From sequence record PP449093.1: a DNA stretch of 64,000 bases. One strand, written 5' to 3'. This DNA comes from Escherichia coli phage phiS. Under the pieces are notes generated by a model. That model did no database searches. It was not told the origin of the DNA and saw only the letters and a list, made by a program, of their open reading frames with translations. Every line of letters starts with the position of its first letter. Positions within the stretch are counted from its first letter, which is position 1. Positions 22,960 through 32,668 of this stretch are shown here, piece by piece. Position numbers and translations under genes: made by a program.

Positions 22960-23536
22960 AATAAAACTCCTTCCATTTTTCTGCGGTTGACTTTACTCGT
23001 TTCCTCATAGAAGCGGCTGATATCCCATACTTTCTACAACATTCTTGAGTGGTTAAGTATAGAACACCTTCTGCCATAATTTTTCTTGCGCCTTTAAAAT
23101 TTTCCCAATCTCTATTTCTATTTTTTGCCGATTGACTCATTTTATTTTTAGTCTCGTCTGAGTGAGATTCTCTTTTTCGACTGGATGCTTTTTCAGATAT
23201 TTTTCTTCTTGCTTCATTTTTGGTTTCTTCGTCCATGTCATCCCACAAAGAACCTCTATTCACTCCACCCAGAGCAATATTATATGTATCTTCTCTTTCT
23301 ACAAATTCCTTAGTCACTATCTTTTTTTCTGCTAAAGCTAGTTCTTCTAACGTGTTGTGTGTGGAAAGAATAGTTTTTGTGAAGTTCTCTATTCCATACT
23401 TTTTTATTGCTCTTTTAATTCGTTTTCCGCTCCCCCAATAAGAATCCTTTTCTATTGGTTTTCTGGACGTTCTCATACCAACATAGACCATCCCATTTAA
23501 ATTATTTGTTATTTGATATAGATAATAATATGCCAT
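22952..23536 (-). CDS. GIY-YIG homing endonuclease (Seg-like) inserted between genes 13 and 14
   Basis: N-terminal [18 protein letters not shown] core, C-terminal HTH-like region; own promoter. Confidence 0.7.
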   Translation of the reverse strand: MAYYYLYQITNNLNGMVYVGMRTSRKPIEKDSYWGSGKRIKRAIKKYGIENFTKTILSTHNTLEELALAEKKIVTKEFVEREDTYNIALGGVNRGSLWDDMDEETKNEARRKISEKASSRKRESHSDETKNKMSQSAKNRNRDWENFKGARKIMAEGVLYLTTQECCRKYGISAASMRKRVKSTAEKWKEFYYV

Positions 23537-23564
23537 ATGATTCTCCTTTTTATGTTCTCGTCAG

Positions 23565-23594
23565 ATCATACACTAACGAGAACATATTAGTCAA
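23565..23594 (-). promoter_or_regulatory. early-type promoter TTGACT-18-TATGAT with stem-loop over the -10, driving the GIY-YIG gene
   Basis: Hexamers plus inverted repeat GTTCTCGT/ACGAGAAC; AAAGGAG RBS before ATG. Confidence 0.5.
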
Positions 23595-23603
23595 CACATT
23601 TAA

Positions 23604-24536
23604 TCAAATCATGAGGATGCCGAACGGAGGATCTAATAATTCTAGTTCTTGTCGCAATTTCTCAATGTCGGCTCGTGCTTCTTCAATGATTCGGATACCA
23701 TCAACAGTGACACCACCGGGTAATTGCAGACCTTGATGTTTAGCCATGATGGACCCCCAAACCTCCTTAGTGAAGGCGGTGGCCATATCTTTCACCCAAC
23801 GGTTATTATATGCGCCCTGCTTGTTCTCACTGATCGGTCCCATGCCAGCAACAATCCCGCTTAAACCAGCAGTTGGGTTATCATAAACGGCGCTAATCCC
23901 GCCAGCGGTAGAACATCCTCCCGCATGAGCATAACCAGCAACCGCACCGATCATATCAGGAACGTCTATATAGCTTTTAACATATAATTCAACAACAATG
24001 AGATCACCTTCTCGGAAGTTTCCTGTAATCTTAAGTTGTCCGTTTGCGCTATTATACCAATAATCTGGAAGCGGATTGAGCATATTTTGCATAGTTGCGC
24101 GATAGCTCATAAGCTGTTCGAAATATCCCAGATCACCGCCCATTGCATTTGGACCATAAAATTTACTACAGCCAGATCCTAAACCGCCATTTACACCCGC
24201 TAAACCCAACAGAAAGTCAGTAAACCACGGATAAACGGCAGTGCCATCCATCGTAGCCGCGCTACCTACGTTTGTTCGAATTATTTTAGTTACTGCGAAT
24301 ACTCCAGAATCGCTTAAATCAAATACCCCGTGTTGCGCTTGCTCTGCACTAACACGAAATACTTTATATCCTTTATTCACACCATCGAAATGATATTCCC
24401 CATAGAGTTCTAGTGCTCTCTGAATACAATCGTAAATCTGGTCTTCTGTGACTTCTACGTTAATTACTGGTGCGCCTAAACGACGCAGAATAGCGTCTTT
24501 TAATTCTCTTGGGTTATTGGTTACATATCCTGACAT
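23604..24536 (-). CDS. 13: neck protein gp13
   Basis: 310 aa; size and synteny. Confidence 0.8.
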   Translation of the reverse strand: MSGYVTNNPRELKDAILRRLGAPVINVEVTEDQIYDCIQRALELYGEYHFDGVNKGYKVFRVSAEQAQHGVFDLSDSGVFAVTKIIRTNVGSAATMDGTAVYPWFTDFLLGLAGVNGGLGSGCSKFYGPNAMGGDLGYFEQLMSYRATMQNMLNPLPDYWYNSANGQLKITGNFREGDLIVVELYVKSYIDVPDMIGAVAGYAHAGGCSTAGGISAVYDNPTAGLSGIVAGMGPISENKQGAYNNRWVKDMATAFTKEVWGSIMAKHQGLQLPGGVTVDGIRIIEEARADIEKLRQELELLDPPFGILMI

Positions 24537-24582
24537 AATATCACCTATAAACGGAAAAGGGGCTTAACGCCCCTTTAATTTC

Positions 24583-26352
24583 TTATACCGGAGAAATTCC
24601 AAAGAGGAACTCTTTAATTTGTAGCTGTTGCGCTAATGCTTCTTCGGATACGCCCTTAATGCGAATATCGATCCGGTCGCCCTTTTCAATATTTAGGAAA
24701 GCACTGGTAGAATAGCTAATTAAATCATCAGGTCCATAATGACCATTTCGTACCTCATGTACAATCAGACCATTTTTAGCAATACCGACTACGAAAGTAG
24801 CGTTATGTGCCGCATTTACAGAACAACGGAAATCACAACGGAATAAGCCTTTGTCGTTAACCGTAACAAGAGATTCGCTCTTAACCATTCCACGCGCAGG
24901 AACTTCTTCGGTCATATCGTTTAGCGGGATTCCTTTGTATTGATCTTGTCCGTCGAGAGTAATATCAATCTGAGCGGTGTTTTTAAATGCACCAGCCGCC
25001 CATGCGACCTGAACCCATTCCCCGTGCTTACGTAGATAATGGAAACCATCATCAGGAACGTCTGTTACCTTGCTTGCATTTGATGTGCTCAATTCCTTAA
25101 CAGTTTTCACGATCCCATCTTGTTCAAGCTGCGTGCTTCCTTCTGGATTGCCGTACATGTCGCTTGACAGCTTAATAACCCCGGCGGTTAGACCGGAATC
25201 TCGATCTCCGATCATTTGCTCGATATCCTGTACGCTAGCTTCTAGTCGTCCCTGTGTATTTTCTACAATTTTTAGACGACCTGCGATAGTATGACGCTCA
25301 CTATCAGTACCAACTGTGTTAGAGATTCGTGCAACCTCACCACGTAGACCATCAGCACCACTAACACCGACAATAGATTTAAGATCTACAAATTCCCGTT
25401 CTTGATTAGTCAATCGATAATCAATACTTCCAGCGGCTTGAGGACTGCCAATCGTATTTTCCAGAAGAGTTAAACGAGGACGGATACCAGCGTCAACCCC
25501 GTTGACTTCATCATTAAGCTGTGTATAATCAGATTGTAGCTTAGTTACTTTAGTACCGATATCAGGAATTGATTCAAATAGAATCGCTTTCTTTACTTCC
25601 TGAACTTCGTTTGATATACTAGCGATATTGCGAGTATTTGTGCGAAGACGAAGATAAACATTGTCCTGTGTTGCTAGTGATGTGTCGCCTAGCTCGCTTC
25701 GCATTTTGTTAACTTGTTCTGTTAGCTCTCCAACGTCAGAATCTTGCCAGTCGTTTTCTAGTTGGCGGATTCGCTGACCGTGGTTGTTTAATGCTTCCGT
25801 ATTCTGGATAACTCGATATTTGATACCGGAACCGGAACTACCCGGATCTGGAGAGCCGTTGATATTGAAGTTAGGGAAAGCGCCCAATTCTTGTTTGATG
25901 AAAGAAATATCATCATATATTGTTCGTGTACTCGGATCTGCTGCCGGACGAACACCAATTTTCTTTCCTGTCTCTGCCAGTTCATCTACTGTGGTTTGTA
26001 ATGTCCTTGAAGTTTCTCCTAAATTTTCTTCTACAGACTCAACCTTTGAAATAGTTTGATTGACAATATCAATAATACTACCATCAGCAACCGCGCCTAA
26101 AGTAGTTTTAATATCATTAACTGCTGTAACAACTTCGTTAACTTTTGTTACCGTTGTCTTAGAATTTTCATCCAGACGAACAATATTTTCTTGAATAGCA
26201 TAAGGGGCGCGGTTAAGCGTCCCCTCATGTCCTGTTTCTGTGGTTGCTGCGCTTAGACATTCACCATTTTTAATCCAGCTAATAGAATGCTGTCCCTCTC
26301 CAGGGACACCATCGACGTTAGGGATCTTTCGAATGTTTAACTGTTCGATCAT
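24583..26352 (-). CDS. wac: fibritin (whisker) with extended C-terminal domain
   Basis: N-terminus similar to T4 Wac (DG.P.EGQ..ISWIKNGE); coiled-coil body; foldon-like motif (DGFHYLRKHGEWV) followed by an extra 140 aa. Confidence 0.8.
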   Translation of the reverse strand: MIEQLNIRKIPNVDGVPGEGQHSISWIKNGECLSAATTETGHEGTLNRAPYAIQENIVRLDENSKTTVTKVNEVVTAVNDIKTTLGAVADGSIIDIVNQTISKVESVEENLGETSRTLQTTVDELAETGKKIGVRPAADPSTRTIYDDISFIKQELGAFPNFNINGSPDPGSSGSGIKYRVIQNTEALNNHGQRIRQLENDWQDSDVGELTEQVNKMRSELGDTSLATQDNVYLRLRTNTRNIASISNEVQEVKKAILFESIPDIGTKVTKLQSDYTQLNDEVNGVDAGIRPRLTLLENTIGSPQAAGSIDYRLTNQEREFVDLKSIVGVSGADGLRGEVARISNTVGTDSERHTIAGRLKIVENTQGRLEASVQDIEQMIGDRDSGLTAGVIKLSSDMYGNPEGSTQLEQDGIVKTVKELSTSNASKVTDVPDDGFHYLRKHGEWVQVAWAAGAFKNTAQIDITLDGQDQYKGIPLNDMTEEVPARGMVKSESLVTVNDKGLFRCDFRCSVNAAHNATFVVGIAKNGLIVHEVRNGHYGPDDLISYSTSAFLNIEKGDRIDIRIKGVSEEALAQQLQIKEFLFGISPV

Positions 26353-27755
26353 TATTGTACCCTTATCATGTAGTTTAATGCAAGGCTTTTAACGCGAGTT
26401 TCGCCAGACGTTCTAACCTGTCTTGCGCTGTCAAAGTTAACAATACTACCCCAATCATCACCACCACCGTTTTTATAGTTCGTGCTCCATTGACCACCTG
26501 TGATGGAAAATGCACCACCAGTCCAACCGCGCCAACGGTTAGCTACAGGGAAGTTACCTGTCATATGTTGCATGGTGTCGTCTTGATAAGTACCAAATCC
26601 ACGACCTGGGTCTAGTCCTCGACCGTGGTCGCATCCTCTAGCAACAAGCCCTCGCATATCGGGTAGAGCAAAGTTGTCTCCGCCATCTCCGCCGTAAGTG
26701 AAACCGATTCGTGAAAATAATACTGGATATTGGTGTTTATTTAACCATTGACCGTTACAGATTTTGAATTGTGCGTGGTCGAAACTGTTAAATGCTGTAA
26801 GAATGATGCCACCAATAGGCATACAAAGACCATCCAGTTCATTTTTAATGATAAACTGGTTTCCGTCGCCTCCGCTATGACGATACACATCACCAGTAAC
26901 GACACCACCACTTAGAGGCAATACACGAGCATTTGCCGACAGTGCTGTGTTTGCCTCGCCTGATCCTGGGTTATCTGTTAGCTTAACAACACCGAATTGT
27001 CCAGTGGTTGCTTTAGTGTTCGCAAATTTTTGTGCTGATACTACTACTGTGTTGTCATTGCCGTCAATCATTTGTTGGGATGAGGCAATTTTAACAGTAC
27101 CCGCCTGATTTTCATTGGCTCTTGCGTTGGAAAATGCATATGGACTAACGGCAAATCCTTCTCTGATAGTACCAGCAAGCGTTTGTTGGCTTGTCGCCAG
27201 TCTAACTAAACCCTCACGGGACTCGGTCGCCGTGTTTTGTTCTGGAATCAACCCAGGAACAATCTGAGCAATAGCAGCGTGCATCTTTTTAGGCGTTACT
27301 GCCATAGTGTCATCGCTACCTATTTTTGCCGCATCCATAGAACAGATTTTAATTGTACCCTGTACGGTTTCCGTTGCTTTCTTGTTCTCGAATACATGGG
27401 TTAATGTATCAGGACCAATTGCAATATTTGGAGTATCGCCCATAGCTTCATCGTTATTAGCATAGCGAGTGATCCCTTTGACAAGTTTTGTTGCGTCCGG
27501 TCTTGACAGCTTAACAGCCAATGTTTTTGGGGTAACAATTTTAGTTCCATCCAACCCATCATCTACTTCTTGTTGAGTAGCAATTTCAGCAATACCCGCT
27601 GTTTCTTCGGTTGCCGTTGGAAGACCTGCAATCGCAAATCCCTGAATAGCGGCTAATGCCGCTTGTACGTTTTTTATATTGCTAGGCCAATTTCCGGTAG
27701 GGTCAAACTTAACATACTGTGCATCGTCTTTTACGTGATTAATAGTGTTATTCAT
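26352..27755 (-). CDS. 12: short tail fiber gp12
   Basis: Similar to T4 gp12 (YVKFDP, ATESE.G..LAT, ALPDMRGL). Confidence 0.85.
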   Translation of the reverse strand: MNNTINHVKDDAQYVKFDPTGNWPSNIKNVQAALAAIQGFAIAGLPTATEETAGIAEIATQQEVDDGLDGTKIVTPKTLAVKLSRPDATKLVKGITRYANNDEAMGDTPNIAIGPDTLTHVFENKKATETVQGTIKICSMDAAKIGSDDTMAVTPKKMHAAIAQIVPGLIPEQNTATESREGLVRLATSQQTLAGTIREGFAVSPYAFSNARANENQAGTVKIASSQQMIDGNDNTVVVSAQKFANTKATTGQFGVVKLTDNPGSGEANTALSANARVLPLSGGVVTGDVYRHSGGDGNQFIIKNELDGLCMPIGGIILTAFNSFDHAQFKICNGQWLNKHQYPVLFSRIGFTYGGDGGDNFALPDMRGLVARGCDHGRGLDPGRGFGTYQDDTMQHMTGNFPVANRWRGWTGGAFSITGGQWSTNYKNGGGDDWGSIVNFDSARQVRTSGETRVKSLALNYMIRVQ

Positions 27756-27766
27756 AATTTTACACC

Positions 27767-28411
27767 TTACGCAATACGCTTAAAATAAAATAGTGTTGAA
27801 TCAAATTTTTCTTCCGTTCCCAATCTGGACCATGCACCATAACCATAACGAGCAGGGGAATTTATTTCCCCACGAACGCTAATACCATATTTTTCTACGA
27901 CCGTTGCTTCGTGTGCGTTTGAATCAATATACTGAATCTCTATTTTATCATTACCAGTGCCTTTCCGCTCAACTTTAGAGAATAAGATACTTTTGTCTTT
28001 CAATTCAGTAAATTTTGTTGTGACCATTTCGCATAATGCAACATTCGATGTTCCAACATTAACAACAAATGGATAACCCAAAACTTCAATTACAACTTTT
28101 GTCGCGGCTGGATCGTGTTTATTTGTTACCGTTCCAGTGAAAGAAAGAGTTTCTATTTGTCCCGCCGCTTCCGGTGGAGTTGAATTTGTAGTTACCAATA
28201 CATCACCGACATTAAGCATAGAAATGCTATACAAATCATCAATGGCTGATTGTACGTTGTTAATAAAAGAACCTTTGCGAGATTGGTCTACGTTTAATCC
28301 ACCAATTGGGCGAATGTCACCAATAATGGGGTCTTTCGACCCCGGATCGTATGAAATGAATGCTGCGTCGCTAGAAAATACGCTTGCTTTAGAACGTGTT
28401 TTAGAAATCAT
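27767..28411 (-). CDS. 11: baseplate wedge protein gp11
   Basis: 214 aa; size and synteny. Confidence 0.75.
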   Translation of the reverse strand: MISKTRSKASVFSSDAAFISYDPGSKDPIIGDIRPIGGLNVDQSRKGSFINNVQSAIDDLYSISMLNVGDVLVTTNSTPPEAAGQIETLSFTGTVTNKHDPAATKVVIEVLGYPFVVNVGTSNVALCEMVTTKFTELKDKSILFSKVERKGTGNDKIEIQYIDSNAHEATVVEKYGISVRGEINSPARYGYGAWSRLGTEEKFDSTLFYFKRIA

Positions 28412-28412
28412 A

Positions 28413-30215
28413 TTAACCTACCCTTAACCAGCGATGAACGGTACGATATGGAGGAAGAATACCCATCATTGATGGATCAGCATTTCCAGAATTAACTTTT
28501 ACGATATCCTCTCTATATTTCGTAAACGCTGGACCTGCCGCATCAGGATCAACTTGACAACCACCAATGATAATTGACCCTGTATCGTCTTTCACCAAAA
28601 CACGATCGCTGGATTGTAATTCAGGAATCATATCTTTCTTGATTTGATAGGCAACTTCACCACCAGTACCACCAGCGGTGTGTGTAGGTTGTCCATGAAT
28701 ATCAAGATCGTTATTGTTTAATGCAAAATTCTGGTCGCTGGCATCAGAAGACCAACCAGCAAGAAATTCTCCTTCCGCATACCGAACCCAGATACCAATA
28801 CCCATATATGTCGCTGGGTTAGCTGGGTTATGTGCGTTTTCGTATATCGTGCCGATCGGATGGAAAATATCAAACAGTGCATATATATCCATAATTCGAC
28901 CTGAATACTCTTCTGCCGGACGAGTGTTTTTCTGGCTAGGATTCTGGAAGTCGGTATATTCAATTTGTTTTGTTAAATTAACTTCGTCTTCGTTATTGAG
29001 ATAAATCTTGTCTGCTTTTTCTTTAATTCCGCCGACACCATCCCATTCTAATAGAGTTCCGATATCGTTATTAAACCAACGAATTGTTATAGTATCTCTA
29101 TTGTCCAACGCTTTAGCTAATTTAATCCCTGTTACAATGCTATTCTCATCAAATACCAGTGAATAATCTTCTCCAGACTGTACCCACTGACCGCCAGCAA
29201 GTGCGCAACTCTCTTCGGTTTCTCCGTCAGCACCTTCACAAACAAACGAAGGAAGATCAGCATCACCAGCTTTAATCATTTGAGTACCATTTATTAATAA
29301 CTCAAATGAATTTGGGTTAATTATATCACGTTTACTAACTCCCAAATCAGCATTGGTAAATTCTTTTTTCGTCGATAAATCACCTACCCACACTTCACCC
29401 GGAATAGTTTCTAGTGCTGTCATTCCGGTATCATACACTCTAATTGTGTGTGTGATATAACTAGATCGGAATGATGCAATTCCGTCCATATATGTAATAA
29501 TTTGAACGGTGTCCCCAGCCGAACAAGGAAAACGAAGTTTTATGCTTTTGCCATCAAGTTCAACAAGTGATCCATCCTCACCAATTGAACCGTAGTTAGA
29601 GTCATTACTAAAAGACTTGCCATAATATAAAAGGTTTCCTCGATAATATACTTCAACATTTCGAGTGTTATATGTGTTAGAACCAAATACATTAGGGAAA
29701 TCTGTTTGCCCTTCTGTGGCAATATAAACTTCCTTAGCTACTGTGCTTAGGTCAGACGTGGTGATCGTGTCAACTCGCTTGTTTTCGATATATTCCCAGC
29801 GTCCAGGCGCACAATAAACCAGTTCAACATCCATAAAATCTTTATACAACTCACGGTCGATTGGAGATCCCTTAATGGTATCACCTTGTGCTGGCTTCAA
29901 TGTTACGTTATGTGCAGCCCATGAGCGCCAAACATCACGAAGTTTAATTGTTTTATTGTAATCACTCGCGCTTCCTTTAGGCAATTCAACAGAAACAGCG
30001 TTGTTCGTTGTATTAATTGCCCATGCATCACCAAAATTTGGTTTTAATACTGGTTGTGTGTGAGTTTTCCACGCGCCGGATGCATGGGGGATATCACCGT
30101 CCCCCAGCTTAGTATAAAGTTCAGAAAAGTTGTCATTAATCTTTTGACCGCCTTTTCTTAGATAATCACCTGTACCGTCATCAACAACGTTACCGATATT
30201 AATTAATTGTTTCAT
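28413..30215 (-). CDS. 10: baseplate wedge protein gp10
   Basis: N-terminus INIGNVVDDGTGDYLRKGG as in T4 gp10. Confidence 0.9.
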   Translation of the reverse strand: MKQLINIGNVVDDGTGDYLRKGGQKINDNFSELYTKLGDGDIPHASGAWKTHTQPVLKPNFGDAWAINTTNNAVSVELPKGSASDYNKTIKLRDVWRSWAAHNVTLKPAQGDTIKGSPIDRELYKDFMDVELVYCAPGRWEYIENKRVDTITTSDLSTVAKEVYIATEGQTDFPNVFGSNTYNTRNVEVYYRGNLLYYGKSFSNDSNYGSIGEDGSLVELDGKSIKLRFPCSAGDTVQIITYMDGIASFRSSYITHTIRVYDTGMTALETIPGEVWVGDLSTKKEFTNADLGVSKRDIINPNSFELLINGTQMIKAGDADLPSFVCEGADGETEESCALAGGQWVQSGEDYSLVFDENSIVTGIKLAKALDNRDTITIRWFNNDIGTLLEWDGVGGIKEKADKIYLNNEDEVNLTKQIEYTDFQNPSQKNTRPAEEYSGRIMDIYALFDIFHPIGTIYENAHNPANPATYMGIGIWVRYAEGEFLAGWSSDASDQNFALNNNDLDIHGQPTHTAGGTGGEVAYQIKKDMIPELQSSDRVLVKDDTGSIIIGGCQVDPDAAGPAFTKYREDIVKVNSGNADPSMMGILPPYRTVHRWLRVG

Positions 30216-31066
30216 GTAGCAACCCCGATTTTAATAGTGTCTACGGCTTTAACTGCTAAACGAATATTTTCGCCAGTAGCCTTATACTCTGCATATACTT
30301 TATCGCCGGAACCGATGAAATAACGAACTTTGTATAGCTCATCTTCTGTCTTCTGCAAAACTGCATATTCCGTCGCATAAACTTTTCCGGCTTTAGAATC
30401 AATCATCAGTAGCGTTTCACTTGAACGCATTTTTGAACCGGATGTATTGCTAGCGGTAGTTAATAATTTGATGGAAACGTATTCTGTTTTTGCGGCAATA
30501 GCAACGTTTGTTGCTACTCCAGTTACGTTAACTGTTTTATCTAATGGCATTGTTGTATCGGTAAACATACTTTCGATACCCAATCGCCATGTTACGCGAC
30601 TACCTTCAACGGCAGTACACCAAACAGTGACTTTTGAGAAAGGTTGAGTTATTACCGCGTCACCTGAATACCCGCTAATAGAATCACCTGCTTGAGTTCG
30701 AATATTGAGCGGTGTCGTCGTTGAAAAGCTACCGTTACTATTTATGAATACAACACCCTCACCAACCTTTGCTTTAGGTAGAATAGCAATAAGTGCGCCT
30801 TGAGTTGTATCGATATCGTGTAGACTCCCAATCTCAACAGCGGAACCAGCGTAGCTTTGACGTGGATGTTTCTGATAGTATCCGGTTGCATGAATAACCA
30901 TTCTTCCCACGCCGTGGTCTATGTCTTTAAACCGTTGATCAGCGAATGCGTCATAGATTGAATCAAAGTTATCGTTAATTTTATTACCGCCATCATATAA
31001 GATATCGCCAGTCGATGGATTGCCGACAGTACCTGTGTCTATTCTTTTCTTTGGAACTTGTGCCAT
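30212..31066 (-). CDS. 9: baseplate wedge protein gp9 (long tail fiber socket)
   Basis: Similar to T4 gp9 (PKK.IDTG..GN.STGDIL.DGGNKIN, HATGYYQKH). Confidence 0.85.
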   Translation of the reverse strand: MAQVPKKRIDTGTVGNPSTGDILYDGGNKINDNFDSIYDAFADQRFKDIDHGVGRMVIHATGYYQKHPRQSYAGSAVEIGSLHDIDTTQGALIAILPKAKVGEGVVFINSNGSFSTTTPLNIRTQAGDSISGYSGDAVITQPFSKVTVWCTAVEGSRVTWRLGIESMFTDTTMPLDKTVNVTGVATNVAIAAKTEYVSIKLLTTASNTSGSKMRSSETLLMIDSKAGKVYATEYAVLQKTEDELYKVRYFIGSGDKVYAEYKATGENIRLAVKAVDTIKIGVAT

Positions 31067-31093
31067 TGTTTAATTCCTCATGTTATGATGTAT

Positions 31094-31101
31094 TATTTAT
31101 A
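31094..31101 (-). promoter_or_regulatory. late promoter TATAAATA upstream of gene 9
   Basis: tatttata on plus strand 28 nt upstream of gp9 ATG, just downstream of the MTase cassette terminator. Confidence 0.55.
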
Positions 31102-31111
31102 AAATACATAC

Positions 31112-31137
31112 AAAAAAGCCGCCCACAAGGACGGCTT
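31112..31137 (-). terminator. rho-independent terminator after methyltransferase gene
   Basis: agccgtcc-ttgt-gggcggct hairpin followed by tttttt on minus strand. Confidence 0.65.
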
Positions 31138-31141
31138 ATAA

Positions 31142-31981
31142 TTAAATGTCAAACAAATCTGAGAGCGTCCCAGACTCGCTTTCCTGTTTCGGTAAGGTAA
31201 TATCCTTACTTTCTTCTATTTGTTCGTTAGGACGTGATTTAGGCGCTTCTACGGCTTCTTTCTCGTAATACCGAACCTCAACCACTTCTGTTAAAACGTT
31301 GGTACTATGCCATTCATCGCGATAGATTGATGTATCGATCCCGCATCCGGCGTAAGTCACCAAACCAGTTTGTTTGCTCCATTTTAGATATTTATTAGAC
31401 TTCACTGATTCATCATAATAAGGTCTGCCGGAATAAGCAAACCCAGCGGAACTAGCAGGAACAATAAAATAACCTACATCGGCAAACTTCTGGCCTAACG
31501 TCATAACCTTAAATTCAAACTCACCGCCAGTATATTCAAATACATCCTTTGTGTCTGTAGTATTGATTTTACCGAAAGGTGGATTGCTGATCACCACATC
31601 GAATTTTTCGTTTGACTCAAATTCGAATACATCGCTGGTGATCCATTCTGCCTCCGGTAATAGTCGCTTGCCAATCAGCGCAAATTCTGGATTGAGTTCG
31701 ACGCATACGATCTTTTCTGGCTTACAACGATGTAACATACAAAAAGATAAGCGACCGATCCCCGCACAAAGATCTAATACTTTTCCGGTGCAATATGCAT
31801 CAATGGTAAAATCCCAGGCAAGCCATTCTGGGGTAAAGAATGCACCGGAACCACCTAGTCCATCGCCATGATAGTTGTTATAGCAAAATTCTTTTTCTTC
31901 AAATGTCAATGGACGATCTGAATTAATCAACTCCATCACCCGATCGTGTAATTTTTGTTCTTGTTTAGAAAGTCGTGCCAT
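31142..31981 (-). CDS. gamma-class N6-adenine DNA methyltransferase (NPPF)
   Basis: FFTPEW then motif I VLDLCAGIG then motif IV NPPFG (order I before IV); DNA versus RNA target not provable from sequence. Confidence 0.65.
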   Translation of the reverse strand: MARLSKQEQKLHDRVMELINSDRPLTFEEKEFCYNNYHGDGLGGSGAFFTPEWLAWDFTIDAYCTGKVLDLCAGIGRLSFCMLHRCKPEKIVCVELNPEFALIGKRLLPEAEWITSDVFEFESNEKFDVVISNPPFGKINTTDTKDVFEYTGGEFEFKVMTLGQKFADVGYFIVPASSAGFAYSGRPYYDESVKSNKYLKWSKQTGLVTYAGCGIDTSIYRDEWHSTNVLTEVVEVRYYEKEAVEAPKSRPNEQIEESKDITLPKQESESGTLSDLFDI

Positions 31982-32313
31982 TATTTAACCTTTGCTGTGA
32001 CGGTAACGCTATGTCCCAAATAAACATGAGACATAAAGAACACAAAGTTTTTAAATTGCGGATTCTTACGAATCCATCGTTTCAATTTTCGAATGCAAGT
32101 TATACGATGGTCATAATTAGAATAACTAAATTCAATACCCTGTTTCATCATCTCGTGCATTTCTTCGTATGTGTGCCATTGGTTATCATGTTTACAAAAC
32201 CAATGAGTACCATAGAGTTTAGGATCTTGTGCACGTAGACCATAGTAATGCTTTTGCATTGGGAACTTAGCTTTATTCATTGTGTAGTGCAATTTAATAT
32301 TTACGCGTGCCAT
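31981..32313 (-). CDS. hypothetical protein (110 aa) co-transcribed with methyltransferase
   Basis: ATGA-type overlap with downstream MTase ORF. Confidence 0.45.
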   Translation of the reverse strand: MARVNIKLHYTMNKAKFPMQKHYYGLRAQDPKLYGTHWFCKHDNQWHTYEEMHEMMKQGIEFSYSNYDHRITCIRKLKRWIRKNPQFKNFVFFMSHVYLGHSVTVTAKVK

Positions 32314-32558
32314 TTTCTATTACTCCACATACCGAAAGTTGGATTATACACAAAATAGATAGCTTCGTCGATAGTCTTGAATCGTTTAGTGTCATTCATG
32401 AAGTTGATACCCTCCCATAGTTCATCGGTGTAATCGGCTAATGATGAATGAGTATGATCGATGATCTCTCCGATCTTTTCACCGTTCGCGATCACATCCC
32501 AACCGCAAGGGGATACCTGAATTGCTTCACAATTATCTGTAAATTTACGACGTGCCAT
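32301..32558 (-). CDS. hypothetical protein (85 aa), first gene of methyltransferase cassette
   Basis: ATG preceded by GGAGGA RBS and early-type promoter. Confidence 0.45.
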   Translation of the reverse strand: MARRKFTDNCEAIQVSPCGWDVIANGEKIGEIIDHTHSSLADYTDELWEGINFMNDTKRFKTIDEAIYFVYNPTFGMWSNRKWHA

Positions 32559-32587
32559 AATTTATCCTCCGTTGTTTAGATGTGTGT

Positions 32588-32615
32588 ATTATACCTTACC
32601 AAATAAGATTGTCAA
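32588..32615 (-). promoter_or_regulatory. early-type promoter TTGACA-16-TATAAT with conserved acacacatc leader, driving the methyltransferase cassette
   Basis: Same architecture as the early-region promoter cassettes; lies between the gene 8 terminator and ORF 32301..32558. Confidence 0.55.
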
Positions 32616-32625
32616 CACCAAAAAT

Positions 32626-32653
32626 GGAAAAAGCCAACTCTCTCGAATTGGCT
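32626..32653 (-). terminator. terminator after gene 8
   Basis: agccaa...ttggct hairpin followed by ttttt on minus strand. Confidence 0.5.
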
Positions 32654-32668
32654 TTTAAAATCATACAC

